Shown here piece after piece: positions 62,504-64,000 of a stretch of DNA of 64,000 nt. The DNA is from Pseudogymnoascus verrucosus (Eukaryota). The DNA is taken from assembly GCA_001662655.1 (NCBI GenBank), contig KV460243.1. The stretch is one strand, 5' to 3'. The notes under the pieces are model-generated. The model ran no database searches. It was not told where the DNA came from and saw only the letters and a list, made by a program, of their open reading frames with translations. The first letter of the stretch is position 1. Every line of letters starts with the position of its first letter. The position numbers and the translations under genes are program-made.

Positions 62504-64000
62504 ATGGACAACAAAGAAGAAGGCGCTGTTTCGGGCGCTGAGGTAGTCAACCAGGTTGAAGCCAACGAGCCACTTCGCATTGAAATCTCCTCGACCACCA
62601 AGGAAGAGGGCACCCAAGAAGAAGCCGACGATATCACCCCCACCGCCACACGCAAAACCGCAAGCACCGCGCCCTCACTCATCACAGTCCCCTCCCTGAT
62701 CAACGGCATCGAAGAAACCAGCACCTCCATCTTCCCTGTGATAAGTCCCTACACCAACACTCCCTGCTGGAATGCAACCGCCGCGACCCCCTCGGACGCC
62801 TTGCGTGCTGTCGAAGCAGCTTCAGCTGCCTTCCCAGCCTGGTCGGCTACCAAGCCCACCGTGCGTCGCGACATTCTGCTCCGCACGGCTGATATTCTTG
62901 AGAGTCGTCTCGAGGAGATTTCGGAAATCATGCGCACGGAGATGGGTGCTGATGTGGGGACATCGCAGTTCTTCATTGCGCCGTTTGGTATCCGTATGCT
63001 GCGCGATCTCGCAGGACGCATCACGTCAATCTGTGGCAGTGTGCCAGTTGTTGAAGAGGAGGGCCAGAGCGCCATTGTTCATAAGGAACCGATGGGTGTT
63101 ATTCTTGGGATTGTGCCTTGGTATGTCCTCGCATTTAAATACTGCTATTAAGAAGTAATTGCTGATCAAACAGGAATGCACCGTATGTCTTTGGGATCCG
63201 TGCCGCAGCTGGAGCACTTGCGGGGGGTAATACCACCATCCTCAAGTCCTCTGATCTTACCCCTCGCTGTTACTGGGCTATCGGCCGTGCATTTACCGAC
63301 GCAGGCCTGCCACCGGGATGCCTCAATATCCTTAGTTGTCGACCAGAAGATGCCCCCAGCGTCGTAAACACTATGATTGAGCACCCAGCAGTCCGCAAGA
63401 TAAACTTCACAGGCAGCACAGCTACTGGCCGCAAAATTGCGAGAACTTGCGGAGAGAACCTCAAGCCCTGCCTGATGGAGCTTGGAGGCAAGAATAGCGC
63501 GATCGTATGTGAAGATGCGAATATTGAGGTGGCCGTGAGAGAAGTACTGGCAGGGACTCTCATCAATGTATGACCCTAATAACATCCATATATTTAATTT
63601 ACTAACAATGGAGTAGTCTGGACAGATCTGCATGTCAACTGATCGAATTCTAGTCCACTCCACCATCGCGCCAACGTTTATCAGCGCAATTAAAGGTGCC
63701 CTCAATGCAAGCGCTAACCAGTCCTTCGAGCCACCAACACTTGTATCCACTGCGTCAAAGATTCGCGTTCAAGGGCTGATCACGGACGCTCTTGCCTCAG
63801 GAGCCCATCTTATCCATGGCTCCGTCGACAACGATAGCTCCCCATCCACCAGCGCCACGTCGGTTCGCATGGCGCCAATCTTCATCGGTGACGTCGATGA
63901 AAAGTCAGCTCTTTGGCAAGACGAGGCCTTTGCATCCCTCGCCGCCATCAGGGTTGTTGATTCCGATGCCGAGGCTGTTAGGATCGCGAACCAGGGCGGC
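62504..64000 (+). CDS. Aldehyde dehydrogenase (vanillin/salicylaldehyde dehydrogenase-like), runs off the window end
   Basis: EPMGVILGIVPW/NAPY, LKSSDLTP, INFTGSTATG, MELGGKN, N/SGQICMSTDRI; two introns seen. Confidence 0.9.

Overview
This is a gene-dense window from an intron-containing filamentous ascomycete genome (GT..CTAAC..AG introns; fungal gene families). It is not prokaryotic, and I found no rRNA, tRNA, Cas or transposase genes. It holds about 26 protein-coding loci. Housekeeping-type genes: DLT1-like, S10 carboxypeptidase, ccg-9-type trehalose synthase/phosphorylase, two adjacent ceramide synthases, a ubiquitin E2, SEC11, a rhodanese, BTB, a ubiquitin-domain protein, ERG9, a Zn2Cys6 factor and an aldehyde dehydrogenase. 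Accessory content: an NLR-like NB-ARC/TPR gene, two SRPK-like kinases, GH27 and GH11 CAZymes, and decayed genes. Main highlights: (1) two arrays, 44 kb apart and in opposite orientation, of the same ~63-66-bp non-coding repeat whose ~46-bp core forms a hairpin with compensatory and G-U changes; (2) an intronless four-gene cluster that looks like an intracellular rhamnogalacturonan-oligosaccharide utilisation locus; (3) a tandem pair of tiny secreted-peptide genes sharing a 5'-UTR intron, one missing from the ORF track; (4) a duplicated/rearranged kinase-GH27 block beside a pseudogene with TAG stops. All family calls come from motif recognition by eye, and exon boundaries are manual.
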